A DNA stretch of 64,000 bases from Eledone cirrhosa (Eukaryota), in contig OZ024757.1 of the NCBI GenBank assembly GCA_964016885.1, forward strand, positions 20,956,001-21,020,000, read 5' to 3'. Both the position numbers and the translations under genes were made by a program. Shown here piece by piece: positions 27,157 through 40,289 of this stretch (within the stretch, counting starts at the first letter, position 1; each line of letters starts with the position of its first letter). The notes below the pieces were generated by a model. That model did no database searches and was not told the origin of the DNA. It saw only the letters and a list, made by a program, of their open reading frames with translations.

Positions 27157-29314
27157 AAGAAAGTTCAAGCATGTTCTACAACGCGATGACCAAAAACGTG
27201 AGGTGTTCAGGATTGCCAGGCAATGCGTCAAGGAAAACCGTGATATTGTCGGGGAGAAGTGTGTACTTAACGATGATGGCATACTTGCCATCACCGACAC
27301 TGATAAGAAGGTAGCTTGGAAGTGTCACTATGAAAGGCTACTAAATGAGGAGAATAAATGGGAGAAAGACAGTCTCCCCCATATCGACCCGATAGAGGGA
27401 CCAGCAGTGTTAGTCGAGGGGAGTATAATAAGTAAGGCAATCAAGGATATGAAGACTGGTAAGGCGGCTGGGCCTTCGGAAATAGTTGCTGAGATGCTGA
27501 AGGCATCTGGCACGGTGGGACACACCATGGTCACCCGCATAGTTAACCAAGTCGTACAGAATGGGGTTGTTCCGAAGGACTGGCATAGCAGCATCATCGT
27601 TAACTGTTATAAGGGTAAAGGAGACGCCCTAGATAGGAGTAACTATAGAGGCATTAAATTAATCGACCAGGTCATGAAGGTCACGGAAAAAGTAATAGCG
27701 CAACTAATCAGAGAGAGAATTGATCTAGATGAAATGCAGTTCGGCTTTGTGTCAGGCAAAAGCACCACAGACGCTCTTTTCATAGTACGACAACTACAGG
27801 AGAAGTACCTAGCTAAAGGTAAACCCCTCTACTTAGCTTTTGTCGACCTGGAGAAAGCCTTCGACAGAGTCCCCCGCTCCATTATCTGGTGGGCTCTTAG
27901 AAAACTAGGCGTTGACGAATGGCTTGTGAGGGCTATACAAGCCATGTATAAAGAAACAGTCAGCAAGGTTAGAATTAACAACGAATATAGTGAAGAGTTT
28001 AGCGTAAAAGTTGGCGTCCATCAGGGCTCTGTTCTCAGCCCCCTACTATTTATTATTGCCCTTCAGGCTATAACAGAGGAGTTCAAGACAGGCTGCCCAT
28101 GGGAACTCCTATACGCAGACGACCTGACACTCATAGCGGAATCAATGGCCGAGCTAGAGAAGAAATTCCAAACATGGAAGCACGGCCTAGAGTCAAAAGG
28201 ACTTAAAATTAACCTGGCTAAGACCAAAGTTCTAGTTTGTAGGAAAGAAAACAAGGCGGCGGTCCCTTCTGGGAAATGGTCGTGCTCGGTATGTAGGAAA
28301 GGCGTAGGTAGAAACTCCATCTTATGTCCTAAATGCAAAGTATGGGTGCATAAAAGATGTAGTGGGATCACAGGTAAGCTAACTAAGAACATAGACTTTA
28401 CATGTGGCCGATGTTCTGGTGCAATAAGTAGCAGCAAGTGCCCACAAAATACTAGCTCTTTCAATTGCGCAGAGGGTTCTATAGAAATAGTGGACAGCTT
28501 CCGTTACCTGGGCGATAAAATCAGCAGTGGGGGAGGGTGCTCTGAAAGTACTGTAGCTAGAGTCAGAACTGGTTGGAAAAAGTTCAGAGAGCTTATACCA
28601 CTATTAGCTGCTAAAGGGTTCTCCCTAAAAATGAAAGGCAGGTTGTACGATGCCTGCATACGAACAGCAATGTTGCATGGTAGTGAGACCTGGGCATTGT
28701 GTGCAGAGGATATACGCAGACTAGAGAGGAACGAAGCTTGCATGCTCCGCTGGATGTGTAACAGTAATATACGTGAACGGCAAAGCATAAACGAACTAAG
28801 GAAAAAATTAGAGATAAGAGGGATCAGATGTTGTTTACTCGAGAGAAGGCTGCGTTGGTATGGACACGTGATGCGCATGAAAGTCGATAGCTGTATTACA
28901 AAGTGCAGGGCAATAAAGATAGACGGTAGCCACGGAATAGGCAGACCTAGAAAAACATGGGATGAGCTGATAAACTCCGACCTCATACACTTACACCTCT
29001 CCAAGACAATGTCACTGGACCGTGACCTTTGGCGGTACTCAGTAACAGAGAAGACCCGCCTTGCCAGTAGGCATCTCTAACAAACTACACCCCGTCCCGC
29101 CACCACCCCCACCCCATCCACACTACCCCGTTCCATGTAAAGTTATGTTGGTGCCGCGCCACCCAGGCCGAAACAAACGAGATCGTGTAGGTGTCACGAC
29201 AAAAAAACACACAGTCCACGCTGTAATGTGGCCGTGTAGGACTACCCCCGTCCAAACCCATGCAAGCGTGGAACACGGACTTTAAACGTTGATGATGATG
29301 ATGATGATGATGAT
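27157..29314 (+). mobile_element. RTE LINE family A, 5'-truncated, inserted in (TA)n
   Basis: RT frame plus a 3' UTR (with an internal deletion at ~29240) and (GAT)n tail; TA repeats on both sides. Confidence 0.93.
27158..29080 (+). CDS. RTE-clade reverse transcriptase, 5'-truncated (no endonuclease domain), 640 uninterrupted codons
   Basis: [67 protein letters not shown]; the N-terminal 59 aa of the listed ORF come from flanking DNA and the (TA)n tract, not the element. Confidence 0.93.
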   Translation, partial: RKFKHVLQRDDQKREVFRIARQCVKENRDIVGEKCVLNDDGILAITDTDKKVAWKCHYERLLNEENKWEKDSLPHIDPIEGPAVLVEGSIISKAIKDMKTGKAAGPSEIVAEMLKASGTVGHTMVTRIVNQVVQNGVVPKDWHSSIIVNCYKGKGDALDRSNYRGIKLIDQVMKVTEKVIAQLIRERIDLDEMQFGFVSGKSTTDALFIVRQLQEKYLAKGKPLYLAFVDLEKAFDRVPRSIIWWALRKLGVDEWLVRAIQAMYKETVSKVRINNEYSEEFSVKVGVHQGSVLSPLLFIIALQAITEEFKTGCPWELLYADDLTLIAESMAELEKKFQTWKHGLESKGLKINLAKTKVLVCRKENKAAVPSGKWSCSVCRKGVGRNSILCPKCKVWVHKRCSGITGKLTKNIDFTCGRCSGAISSSKCPQNTSSFNCAEGSIEIVDSFRYLGDKISSGGGCSESTVARVRTGWKKFRELIPLLAAKGFSLKMKGRLYDACIRTAMLHGSETWALCAEDIRRLERNEACMLRWMCNSNIRERQSINELRKKLEIRGIRCCLLERRLRWYGHVMRMKVDSCITKCRAIKIDGSHGIGRPRKTWDELINSDLIHLHLSKTMSLDRDLWRYSVTEKTRLASRHL

Positions 29315-29351
29315 ATATATACACATATATTTATATATACATATATATATA

Positions 29352-29660
29352 TGGAGGCACATGGCTTAGTGGTTAGAGCATTGGGCTTGCAATCGAAAGG
29401 TTATGAGTTCAATTCTCAGACCGGGTGATGTGTTGTTTCCTTGAGCAAGACACTTTATTTCACATTGCTCCAGTTTACTCAGCTGTAAATGAGATGATAG
29501 GACTGCAAAGTGGTTGTGGAGGCGCCACGGAAAAAAGCACCCAGCACTCACTGTAAATGAGGTTGGTGTTAGGAAGGGCATCCAGCTGTAGAAATCAAGC
29601 CAGAATCAGTTCCCATCCCACCCTTGCAAGCAAGGAAAAGCCGACGTAAAATGATGATGA
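29352..29660 (+). mobile_element. SINE-A
   Basis: tggaggcacatggcttagtgg head, CORE domain, (GAT)n tail. Confidence 0.85.
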
Positions 29661-29672
29661 TATATATATATT

Positions 29673-29704
<32 letters not shown>

Positions 29705-29774
29705 TATATACATACATATATATGTATACATATATATACATATATATATATATATATTTGTATACATATATATA

Positions 29775-29814
<40 letters not shown>

Positions 29815-30110
29815 TATTTATATATACATATATATATATATAGATGATAATAATAATAATATTTATACTTATATATATAATCTATATACAATTATAACTA
29901 AGAAAGGGTAATATTTTGTATTACCCAATTACCAGTAAGAAAATTAGCTCAATGTAAATTTGAATAATATCCTAGTTGACATTTCAACACTAATTATGGC
30001 ACAACAAGAACATTGAGTTAAAGTAGAAATACCTTATAGAAGAACAGTAAGGAAGAAGTGCCATGTAACACATACCGTTGGATTAAATGTTAGTTTTATA
30101 TATATATATA

Positions 30111-30464
30111 TGGAGGCACATGGATTAGTGGTTAGAGCATTGGGCTTGCAATCGAAAGGTTGTGAGTTCAATTCTCAGACCGGGTGATGCATTGTTTCCT
30201 TGAGCAAGACACTTTATTTCACATTGCTCCAGTTTACTCAGCTGTAGAAATGAGATGATAGGGACTGGGGTCCCTCTTATTCCACTGCAAAGTGGTCGTG
30301 GAGGTGTCACGGCAAAAAAAAGCACCCAGCCTACACTGTAAAGTGGTCGTGGAGGTGTCACGGCAAAAAAAAGCACCCAGCCCACACTGTAAAGTGGTCG
30401 TGGAGGTGCCATGGCAAAAAAAGCACCCAGCCCACACTGTAAAGTGGCCGTGGAGGTGTCACGG
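30111..30464 (+). mobile_element. SINE-A with four tail modules, 3' end replaced by a Penelope-like element
   Basis: Head and CORE intact; sequence switches abruptly at 30465. Confidence 0.85.
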
Positions 30465-31210
30465 ATGCTATATACTACATTTCTAGTTTTAAAACTAGAA
30501 ATGTAGTATATAGCATAAGATGTACTGAAGGACAATGTAGAGATAAGAATATAGTGTACATAGATGAGACAGCTCGTAGTATAGGAGAACGGATAAATGA
30601 ACACTGGCGAGAGCTTCAAGATAGTAAAGAATCATCTGTACTCTACCAACATGCTAAAATAGAACATAAGGGTAAATTAGAGAACATAGAAATAAAAATA
30701 GAATCTACACACAGAAAAGATGCAATGTTTAGTCAAATCACAGAGGCAATAAACTCCAACCAAAATTAAATAGAAAGCATGAATGGAATAGCAACATCAC
30801 AACTTACAATTAAGGACAAAATGAAAACACACACACACATAGAACAAACAACCAACCAGTAACATGTAAATAAACAAATAAATAAACAAATATAAACACA
30901 CACAGACACCCGGATGTAACACATGCGCAAACTAAGCACACAACACACACAAAAACAAGATGGCGTAGGACAGAACAAAGGAGAGGCACAAAAACAAAGA
31001 AAAGAATCCCCAGTCACTGAAAAGGTCACAGAATGTGTGACGAAAGAACTTTGACAATATATGAACAATCGTCTGGTTGTGGAACCAACCAACCAACCGG
31101 AAATTTATAAATTCCTAAATTTATGAATTTAATTTATAATAAATTTAAGTGAAAGCAACTGGTGCGTGTGTTTCTTATTGGCAACATGACCCTCCCAAAG
31201 CATAACAATG
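30465..31210 (+). mobile_element. Penelope-like element: GIY-YIG endonuclease remnant plus 3' LTR-like region
   Basis: From 30491: KTRNVVYSIRCTEGQCRDKNIVYIDETARSIGERINEH...SVLYQH...QITEAI (VVY...YI(G)ET.R....R..EH); 5' palindrome; hammerhead motif at 31013. Confidence 0.85.
31013..31055 (+). ncRNA. Minimal hammerhead ribozyme motif, probably inactive (CUGAAAA)
   Basis: gtca-CTGAAAA-ggtcac/gtgac-GAAA-gaac-TT-tgac. Confidence 0.5.
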
Positions 31211-31562
31211 TATATATATACCTATATAGATACATACATATGCACATATATATACATACAGACATGTATACATACATACATGCATACATACATACATACA
31301 CATATACATACACATATATACATACCTACCAAAAACCACACAGAATTAGTGAACCACACACATACTGTAGACAGCAATAATAGAATTGACTACCCCCACC
31401 ACACCACCTTCTATGTAAGAACATTGTTTGGAAGGCTGCCATTGCTGGTGCTACCATTTACAGAACAATTTCAACACCTTCCTCACTATATTTAGTAGAC
31501 TGCCAGTGTGTTTCAATTAATTTTTCAATATAATCAAATATTTGGGAGGGTTTTAGTAAATA

Positions 31563-32724
31563 CTAGCAGAATGGCCCAGCGTTGCTCGGGATTTGCTCTA
31601 TGGCTCTTATATATTTGATATATATTTATCCTTATCGAGCCTCGTGAAATAAATACGTTTGTTTATATTTTGTTGTTGTGTATGCAAAAATATCTGTACA
31701 CGAATATATAATTATATATTTTTTTTACATTTTACATTCGCTTTTCCCTGCTTGCAAGGGTGGGACGGGAACTGATTCTGGCTTGATTTCTACAGCTGGA
31801 TGCCCTTCCTAACACCAACCTCATTTACAGTGAGTGCTGGGTGCTTTTTTGCCGAGGTACCTACACGTCCACTTTACAGTGGAATGATAGGGACTCCAGT
31901 CCCTATCATCTCATTTCTACAGCTGAGTAAACTGGAGCAATGTGAAATAAAGTGTCTTGCTCAAGGAAACAACACATCACCCGGTCTGAGAATTGAACTC
32001 ACAACCTTTCGATTGCAAGCCCAATGCTCTAACCACTAAGCCATGTGCTTCCATATATATATATAACAGTACAGAGAAGTACGGAATACCTCGGCCTCGG
32101 GATGTTTTCTACATTTTGTGCTTATAAAAAAAATTTGTCGTCGATTACCAGGGTTTTTTTCTCCGTGTGAAGAAAATCAATACTTTATCACGAAATAAAT
32201 ACTTTTGTTTATATTTTGTTATTGTGTATGCAAAAATATCTGTACACGAATATATAATTATATATATATATATATATATATTAAAATAACAGATTAAAGT
32301 TTAAGCAAAGATTCGCTGCTTTCACCCTTAAATCAATCTGTGAACGCAGAAGTAAATATTTCGAAAAACGTTACACACTATATAATATATATATATATAC
32401 ACTATATATATATATACATATATACACACACACAGCTCTGTCATAATGTCGTAATGCAGACAGCCAGACATACAGACAGATATTATAAGGGCACAACGTT
32501 ATATCTATGTATCTATCTAAAAAGAAAGACTAAGAATTATAGAGAGAGATCGCTAAATCGCCTAATGCGGTCCCTAGGACATTGAAAATTTGAATTTATT
32601 TTTTGCTCAAAACACTCACAGGACCACAAGTATTATATGTGTAAAGTTTGAAAACAATCGGTTGGGTGGTTCTCGAGTTTTAGGGAGTCAGACAGACAAA
32701 CGTTCTCTGTTTTAGATATATAGA
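31563..32724 (-). mobile_element. Non-autonomous Helitron with both termini
   Basis: Minus strand reads A|TCTATATATC...cccgagcaacgctggg hairpin...CTAG|T, i.e. canonical TC start, hairpin, CTAG end and AT target. Confidence 0.8.
31720..32053 (-). mobile_element. SINE-A nested in the Helitron
   Basis: Full copy in a TA tract; the empty site is visible at ~10317-10360. Confidence 0.88.
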
Positions 32725-33340
32725 TAATAATATATCTGTAAATATAATATTTTAGTAATAGGCAGAGACCATAGCCATGGCTTAAGGAGTTAGTTGAAAA
32801 CACTCAGAACAAAGCATCATCATCATCATCATCACCTTCATCATCCTCATTCTCCTCATCATCATCATCATCATCTACCTGATCATCATCATCACCATCA
32901 TCATCATTATCATCAACATCATCATCCTCATCCTCCCCCTCTTCAGTTTATGTCCGAGCCATAGAAACCCACCAAAAATAAATGTTCCTCCCCCACCAGA
33001 CCCAGGTCTGTTGAGTTGAGGAGGGGATGTGGAACACCAGCAGCACAACAACAGCACAACAACAGCAGCCTGCTAAAAGAGTGGATGAGTTCTTCAGTGT
33101 CGATGACCATCCATCCCAGCAATGGTCAAGTGTGGTCAGTACAGCTACACCCCTGACATGACAATCCAATAATATTTATTGTAAGATGTATTGACCATCC
33201 AATACATCTTACAATAATATTTATAAGATCATTTATAAAATAACAATTATATAATCTAATTACATTACAATGATAATTTATTATTAATATATAACATGTT
33301 TAACTAGAGTTATTACAAGCGTTGCCTTAAAAATTATTAA

Positions 33341-33773
33341 ACTGGACCTGAAAAATGCGCAAGCTCAAAAGAGCCACAGAATGTTATAATAAACCTTCAA
33401 AAGTGTGGGACTAGAGTTGTTGCTCAAAAATATTGTAATCATTATCTATCGTACACATTGTGGCATCCTTTTATACAAAAGAGACTCATAACGAACTCAA
33501 GACGACACGATAATTATTTAAGTGAATTTATAATATAGAATTCAGTTTAAGTGCATTTCGTATTAATCATTACTAAACATCTAATATGAGATATTGAACA
33601 TTAGCTTAAATAATTATTGTGTCGTCTTCAGTTAGTTATGAGTCTCTTTTTTATAAAAGGATGCCACAGAGTGTACAATAGATAATGATTGCAATATTTT
33701 TTAGCAACAACTCTTTTGAAGGTTTATTATAACATTCTGTGGCTCTTCTGAGCTTGTGCATTTTTCAGGTCTA

Positions 33774-33775
<2 letters not shown>
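33341..33775. mobile_element. Fold-back MITE with ~185-bp imperfect terminal inverted repeats
   Basis: actggacctgaaaaatgcgcaagctc... / ...gagcttgtgcatttttcaggtctagt; arms ~33341-33525 and ~33605-33775. Confidence 0.8.
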
Positions 33776-33815
<40 letters not shown>

Positions 33816-34474
33816 TACACTTATATATATATACATATATACATTACACATATATATATACATATATACATTACACTTATATATATATATATATACATTA
33901 CACACACATATATATATATAAGTGTAATATATATATATATATATAATCATCATCATCGTTTAACGTCTATCTTCCACGCGAGCATGAGTTATATATATAT
34001 ATACATACATACAAACAGACACTCATATAAATACAAACAAGCACACTCACACATGTATATTTATAAATGTATGTACGCGTGTATATAAATATATTAAAAA
34101 AATTTATATATGTATATATGTTTCTTTGTTTGTATGTATGTATGTAAAATACACCTACGTTTGTATGTATATATTACATACATACATTTGTATGTATGTA
34201 TAAACACAGTCATGATGCAAGTGCCATTTCAGAAAATATCCCCAATAAAGAACTAATGCCATTCTCTTTGATGTGAAAGCCATGGAAAATATCAATATTT
34301 GGAATTCAGATGAATCCAACAGATTTCCTAGAAGTTCTATGGAGGATTCTTCTCCATATTACTTGTTATTTTCTACACTGCATTACACCATAATGATTCT
34401 TCACAGGATATCTGTTTCCATGTAATCTCATATCTAGCTTATTCTATTTTTCCTGTCATTTATAAGAACATGTA

Positions 34475-34509
<35 letters not shown>

Positions 34510-34604
34510 GCCTGTGTGTATATACACACATACATACATAGACATATATACACACATACACACACATTCACATATATACATATACACATATATACACATA
34601 CACA

Positions 34605-34937
34605 CACATATGGTTTAGTGGTTAGAGCATTGACCTTGCAATCGAAAGGTTGTGAGTTCAATTCTCAGACTGGGTGATGTTGTTTCCTTGAGCAAGACAC
34701 TTTATTTCACATTGCTCCAGTTTCCTCAGCTGTAGAAATGAGATGATAGGGACTGGGGTCCCTATCATTCCACTGCAAAGTGGTTGTGGAGGTGCCACGG
34801 CAAAAAAGCACCCAGCACCCACTGTAAATGAGGTTGGTGTTAGGAAGGGCATCCAGCTGTAGAAATCAAGCCAGCATCAGTTCCTGTCCCACCCTTGCAA
34901 GCAGGGAAAAAGCAGACGTAAAATGAAATGATGATGA
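34605..34937 (+). mobile_element. SINE-A
   Basis: Head, CORE domain and tail as in other copies. Confidence 0.85.
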
Positions 34938-34947
34938 CACATATATA

Positions 34948-35081
34948 CAAGGTAGCCCCAAAAATCATTAGACCATTTAAAATATAACAACTTTTTTACA
35001 ATTAAATTTTGTGAATATTTAATGAATAAAAGGGTTATTATATTTTGAAATAAATAGTCTAGTGACTTTTGAGCCACTCTG
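34948..35081. mobile_element. Tc1/mariner-type MITE
   Basis: TA|CAAGGTAGCCCCAAAAATCATTAGACCATTTA...TAAATAGTCTAGTGACTTTTGAGCCACTCTG|TA. Confidence 0.7.
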
Positions 35082-35509
35082 TAGAAGTTATCTAATTTAA
35101 GCTGAGTTGTCATGGTTCCTCGGCTTAATATTTCAAAGTGCCTATCTTTGTTACAGGGTTTCAATTCCACACAATAGCTGGTAGCAACTTGTTTTTCTGT
35201 CCTTAATGGTCTTTACCCTATTTTATAGCATCTTAGAGCATGAGCACACTACACTTGATATTAATATATAGATATATAGATATATACATGTGTAAATATG
35301 AAGAAGCTTGGTAAAGGCTAATGGAGCTAATTTAGAATTACTTTATATTTATCTTGATCAAATCAAATGCAATTTACAAAAGGGCCGAATGAAAATTCAG
35401 GAACAATTAAAAATATTTAAGCTTTTTGACAGAGAATCATGCTGAGAAAAATATGATAACTTATAGGGTTAACTTTAAAATCTGAAATAAATCCAAATGT
35501 CCCAAATCT

Positions 35510-36012
35510 TGCACTAAGGTTCAAGTTAAACATCAATTCAGTACAGAGGTTCAAGTTGAGCATTAGTTTAGTACAGAGGTTCAAGTTAACATCAACATAG
35601 TACAGAGGCTCAAGTTAAACATCACCTTAGTACTAAAGCTAAAGTTGAAAATCAACTGAGTATAGATGCTCAAATTAAACATTAAATAGTTCAGAGGCTC
35701 AAGTTAAACTGCGACTTACAGGTAAACTAAAGATAAATATACTCTACTGAAGTTCAAGTTGAACATCGACTTAATACGGTGGCTCAAGGTAACATACTCT
35801 ACTGAGGCTCAGGTTAAATAGTAGCTTATAGGAGCTCAAGGTAAATATACTCTACTGAGGCACGAGTTGAATTGCATCATGCAGAGGCTCAAGGTAAACA
35901 TACTCTAATGAGGCTCAAGTTGAACATCGACTTAGTGCAGAGGTTCACTGTGAACATCAACTTAGAAGAGGTTCAAGTTGAACATCAACTTAGAAGCTGA
36001 AGATGAACATCT
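35510..36012. repeat. Degenerate ~30-bp tandem repeat
   Basis: Recurrent agaggYtcaagttRaacatc motif. Confidence 0.7.
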
Positions 36013-36299
36013 ACTCTACACAAGTACTTATATGCACACAAAGAGGAAGACACATCCATATGTAAACACATATATACATATGAAATGTACACACGCACAA
36101 ACCCAAATATATATATATAAGTATGAAGAGACCCACACAATCATCAAGACATACATACACATATATATATATATGAAGACATAGACACACATATATATGT
36201 ATGAAGACATACACACACACACATATATATATATGAAGACACACATATATGTATGAAGAAATACATATATATGAAGAGACACACACATATATATATATG

Positions 36300-36475
36300 A
36301 GCTGTTGGTGTTGGTGGTGGTGATGGTGGTGTTGGTGATGATGATGATGATGATGGTGGTAGTGGTGATGGTGATGATGATGGTGGTGGTGGTGGTGGTG
36401 TTGGTGGTGGTGATGATGATGATGGTGGTGTTATTGGTAGTGGTGATGGTGATGGTGGTGTTGGTAATGGTGATG

Positions 36476-36507
<32 letters not shown>

Positions 36508-36990
36508 GGTGGGGTTAAGATAATAGTGCAATTTTGGTAGTTGGAAATATGTAACACTCTGCAGTTTAGTTATAGGAAATGGTACATGTAGAAGAATGGC
36601 GGTGTTGGTGGTGGTGTTGAAGGGGTGTTGGTGTTGGTGGCAGTGGTGGTATCGGTGGTAGTGTCATTGGTAGTGGTTGTGGTGGTGTTGGTAGTAGTAG
36701 TAGTAGTAGTAATAGTGGTAGGATGATGGTGGTGTTGGCGACAGTAGTTTCTCAAAGCAAACTATAAATTTAGTAATTACATTGTCAAGCGAACACTGCC
36801 ACCACCACCACTACTGCCATCCCCCACCACCACCGCCACCACCACTGCCATGCCCTCATCCACTAAAACCACTGTCACTACCACTACCACCACTACTACC
36901 ATCCCCCACTACCACCACCACTATCACCGCCACTGCTACCATCACCACTACCACTGTCCCTCACTACCACCACCACCACCACCACCACTG
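36300..36990. repeat. (GGT/GAT)n and (CAC/TAC)n trinucleotide low-complexity tracts
   Basis: Directly visible. Confidence 0.85.
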
Positions 36991-37266
36991 CCCCTCTCTA
37001 CCAGGAGCCATATGAATAATACCAGAAAGAAAGAAAGAAAGACACAAGAGATAGGAGCTGTTTAAGTCTGCAATTCGTGCAGTGTAAGATGAGAGCTATT
37101 TGATAACATTATTTTAGAAGAGGTAAAATTATATCAGAAATTGATGAAATTGCAGGTATTTTCAAAGAAGCATTAACTTTATATTTCATTGCCATGTTCT
37201 TCCATCTTACGTTGTTATTTCTCATATTAAACATACGTGCCCAATATTATTATTATTGTTTCTTCA

Positions 37267-40200
37267 CTCAGCTTCTAACACTAGAGATGTATTACAGTGT
37301 TAGCTGTTCACTACCAGTGAACTAAGGTAACACCCCTGATCTCAGCTTCTAACACTGGAGATATATTACAGTGTTAACTGTTCACTACCAGTTAACTGAG
37401 GTAACACCCCTGATCTCAGCTTCTAACACTAGAGATGTATTAGTGTTAACTGTTCACTACCAATTAACTGAGGTAACACCCCTTATCTCAGCTTCTAACA
37501 CTGGAGATGTATTACAGTGTTAACTGGTCACTACCAGTTAACTGAGGTAACACCCCTTATCTCAGCTTCTAACACTGGAGATATATTACAGTGTTAACTG
37601 GTCACTACCAGTTAACTGAGGTAACACCCCTTATCTCAGCTTCTAACACTAGAGATATATTACAGTGTTAACTGGTCACTACCAGTTAACTGAGGTAACA
37701 CCCCTTATCTCAGCTTCTAACACTAGAGATGTATTACAGTGTTAACTGTTCACTACCAGTAACTGAGGTAACACCCCTGATCTCAGCTTCTAACACTAGA
37801 GATGTATTACAGTGTTAGCTGTTCACTACCAGTGAACTAAGGTAACACCCCTTATCTCAGCTTCTAACACTGGAGATGTATTACAGTGTTAGCTGTTCAC
37901 TACCAGTAACTGAGGTAACACCCCTTATCTCAGCTTCTAACACTAGAGATGTATTACAGTGTTAGCTGTTCACTACCAGTGAACTAAGGTAACACCCCTT
38001 ATCCCAGCTTCTAACACTGGAGATGTATTACAGTGTTAGCTGTTCACTACCAGTAACTGAGGTAACACCCCTTATCTCAGCTTCTAACACTAGAGATGTA
38101 TTACAGTGTTAGCTGTTCACTACCAGTAACTAAGGTAACACCCCTTATCTCAGCTTCTAACACTAGAGATGTATTACAGTGTTAGCTGTTCACTACCAGT
38201 GAACTAAGGTAACACCCCTTATCCCAGCTTCTAACACTGGAGATGTATTACAGTGTTAGCTGTTCACTACCAGTAACTGAGGTAACACCCCTTATCTCAG
38301 CTTCTAACACTAGAGATGTATTACAGTGTTAGCTGGTCACTACCAGTAAACTGAGGTAACACCCCTTATCTCAGCTTCTAACACTGGAGATGTATTACAG
38401 TGTTAGCTGTTCACTACCAGTAACTGAGGTAACACCCCTTATCTCAGCTTCTAACACTAGAGATGTATTACAGTGTTAGCTGTTCACTACCAGTAACTGA
38501 GGTAACACCCCTTATCTCAGCTTCTAACACTAGAGATGTATTACAGTGTTAGCTGTTCACTACCAGTGAACTAAGGTAACACCCCTTATCTCAGCTTCTA
38601 ACACTAGAGATGTATTACAGTGTTAGCTGTTCACTACCAGTGAACTAAGGTAACACCCCTTATCTCAGCTTCTAACACTAGAGATGTATTACAGTGTTAG
38701 CTGGTCACTACCAGTGAACTGAGGTAACACCCCTTATCTCAGCTTCTAATACTGGAGATGTATTACAGTGTTAGCTGTTCACTACCAGTGAACTGGGGGT
38801 AACACCCCTTATCTCAGCTTCTAACACTAGAGATGTATTACAGTGTTAGCTGTTCACTACCAGTGAACTAAGGTAACACCCCTTATCTCAGCTTCTAACA
38901 CTGGAGATGTATTACAGTGTTAGCTGTTCACTACCAGTGAACTGAGGTAACACCCCTTATCTCAGCTTCTAACACTGGAGATGTATTACAGTGTTAACTG
39001 TTCACTACTAGTGAACTGAGGTAACACCCCTTATCTCAGCTTCTAACACTGGAGATGTATTACAGTGTTAGCTGTTCACTACTAGTGAACTGAGGTAACA
39101 CCCCTTGTCTCAGCTTCTAACACTGGAGATGTATTACAGTGTTAACTGTTCACTACCAGTTAACTGAGGTAACACCCCTGATCTCAGCTTCTAACACTGG
39201 AGATATATTACAGTGTTGGCTGTTCACTACCAGTAAACTGAGGTAACACCCCTTATCTCAGCTTCTAACACTGGAGATGTATTACAGTGTTGGCTGGTCA
39301 CTACCAGTGAACTGAGGTAACACCCCTTATCTCAGCTTCTAACACTGGAGATGTATTACAGTGTTAGTTGTTCACTACCAGTGAACTGGGGGTAACACCC
39401 CTTATCTCAGCTTCTAACACTAGAGATGTATTACAGTGTTAGCTGGTCACTACCAGTAAACTGAGGTAACACCCCTTATCTCAGCTTCTAACACTGGAGA
39501 TGTATTACAGTGTTAACTGTTCACTACCAGTAACTGAGGTAACACCCCTTATCTCAGCTTCTAACACTAGAGATGTATTACTGTGTTAGCTGTTCACTAC
39601 CAGTGAACTAAGGTAACACCCCTTATCTCAGCTTCTAACACTGGAGATGTATTACAGTGTTAACTGGTCACTACCAGTGAACTGAGGTAACACCCCTTAT
39701 CTCAGCTTCTAACACTAGAGATGTATTACAGTGTTAACTGGTCACTACCAGTGAACTGAGGTAACACCCCTTATCTCAGCTTCTAACACTAGAGATGTAT
39801 TACAGTGTTAGCTGCTCACTACCAGTGAACTAAGGTAACACCCCTTATCTCAGCTTCTAACACTAGAGATGTATTACAGTGTTAACTGTTCACTACCAGT
39901 GAACTGAGGTAACACCCCTTATCTCAGCTTCTAACACTGGAGATGTATTACAGTGTTAGCTGTTCACTACCAGTTAACTGAGGTAACACCCCTTATCTCA
40001 GCTTCTAACACTAGAGATGTATTAGTGTTAACTGTTCACTACCAGTTAACTGAGGTAACACCCCTTATCTCAGCTTCTAACACTGGAGATGTATTACAGT
40101 GTTAGCTGTTCACTACCAGTGAACTGAGGTAACACCCCTTATCTCAGCTTCTAACACTGGAGATGTATTACAGTGTTAACTGTTCACTACCAGTTAACTG

Positions 40201-40288
40201 AGGTAACACCCCTTATCTCAGCTTCTAACACTGGAGATGTATTACAGTGTTAGCTGTTCACTACCAGTGAACTGAGGTAACACCCCTG
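37267..40288. repeat. 73-74-bp satellite, ~41 copies, strongly self-complementary monomer
   Basis: Unit ctcagcttctaacactRgagatgtattacagtgttagctgttcactaccagtgaactRaggtaacaccccttat. Confidence 0.95.
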
Positions 40289-40289
40289 T

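Noticed and set aside
31800-32039. Recurrent small [17 protein letters not shown]...LEQCEIKCLAQGNNT as a gene family
   Set aside because: Antisense translation of SINE-A; copies carry indels with no sign of frame conservation
37267-40288. Regular palindromic repeats (here and at 1000-5130, 43500-44345, 49824-50498) as CRISPR arrays
   Set aside because: No unique spacers, no cas genes and a eukaryotic context; these are head-to-tail satellites
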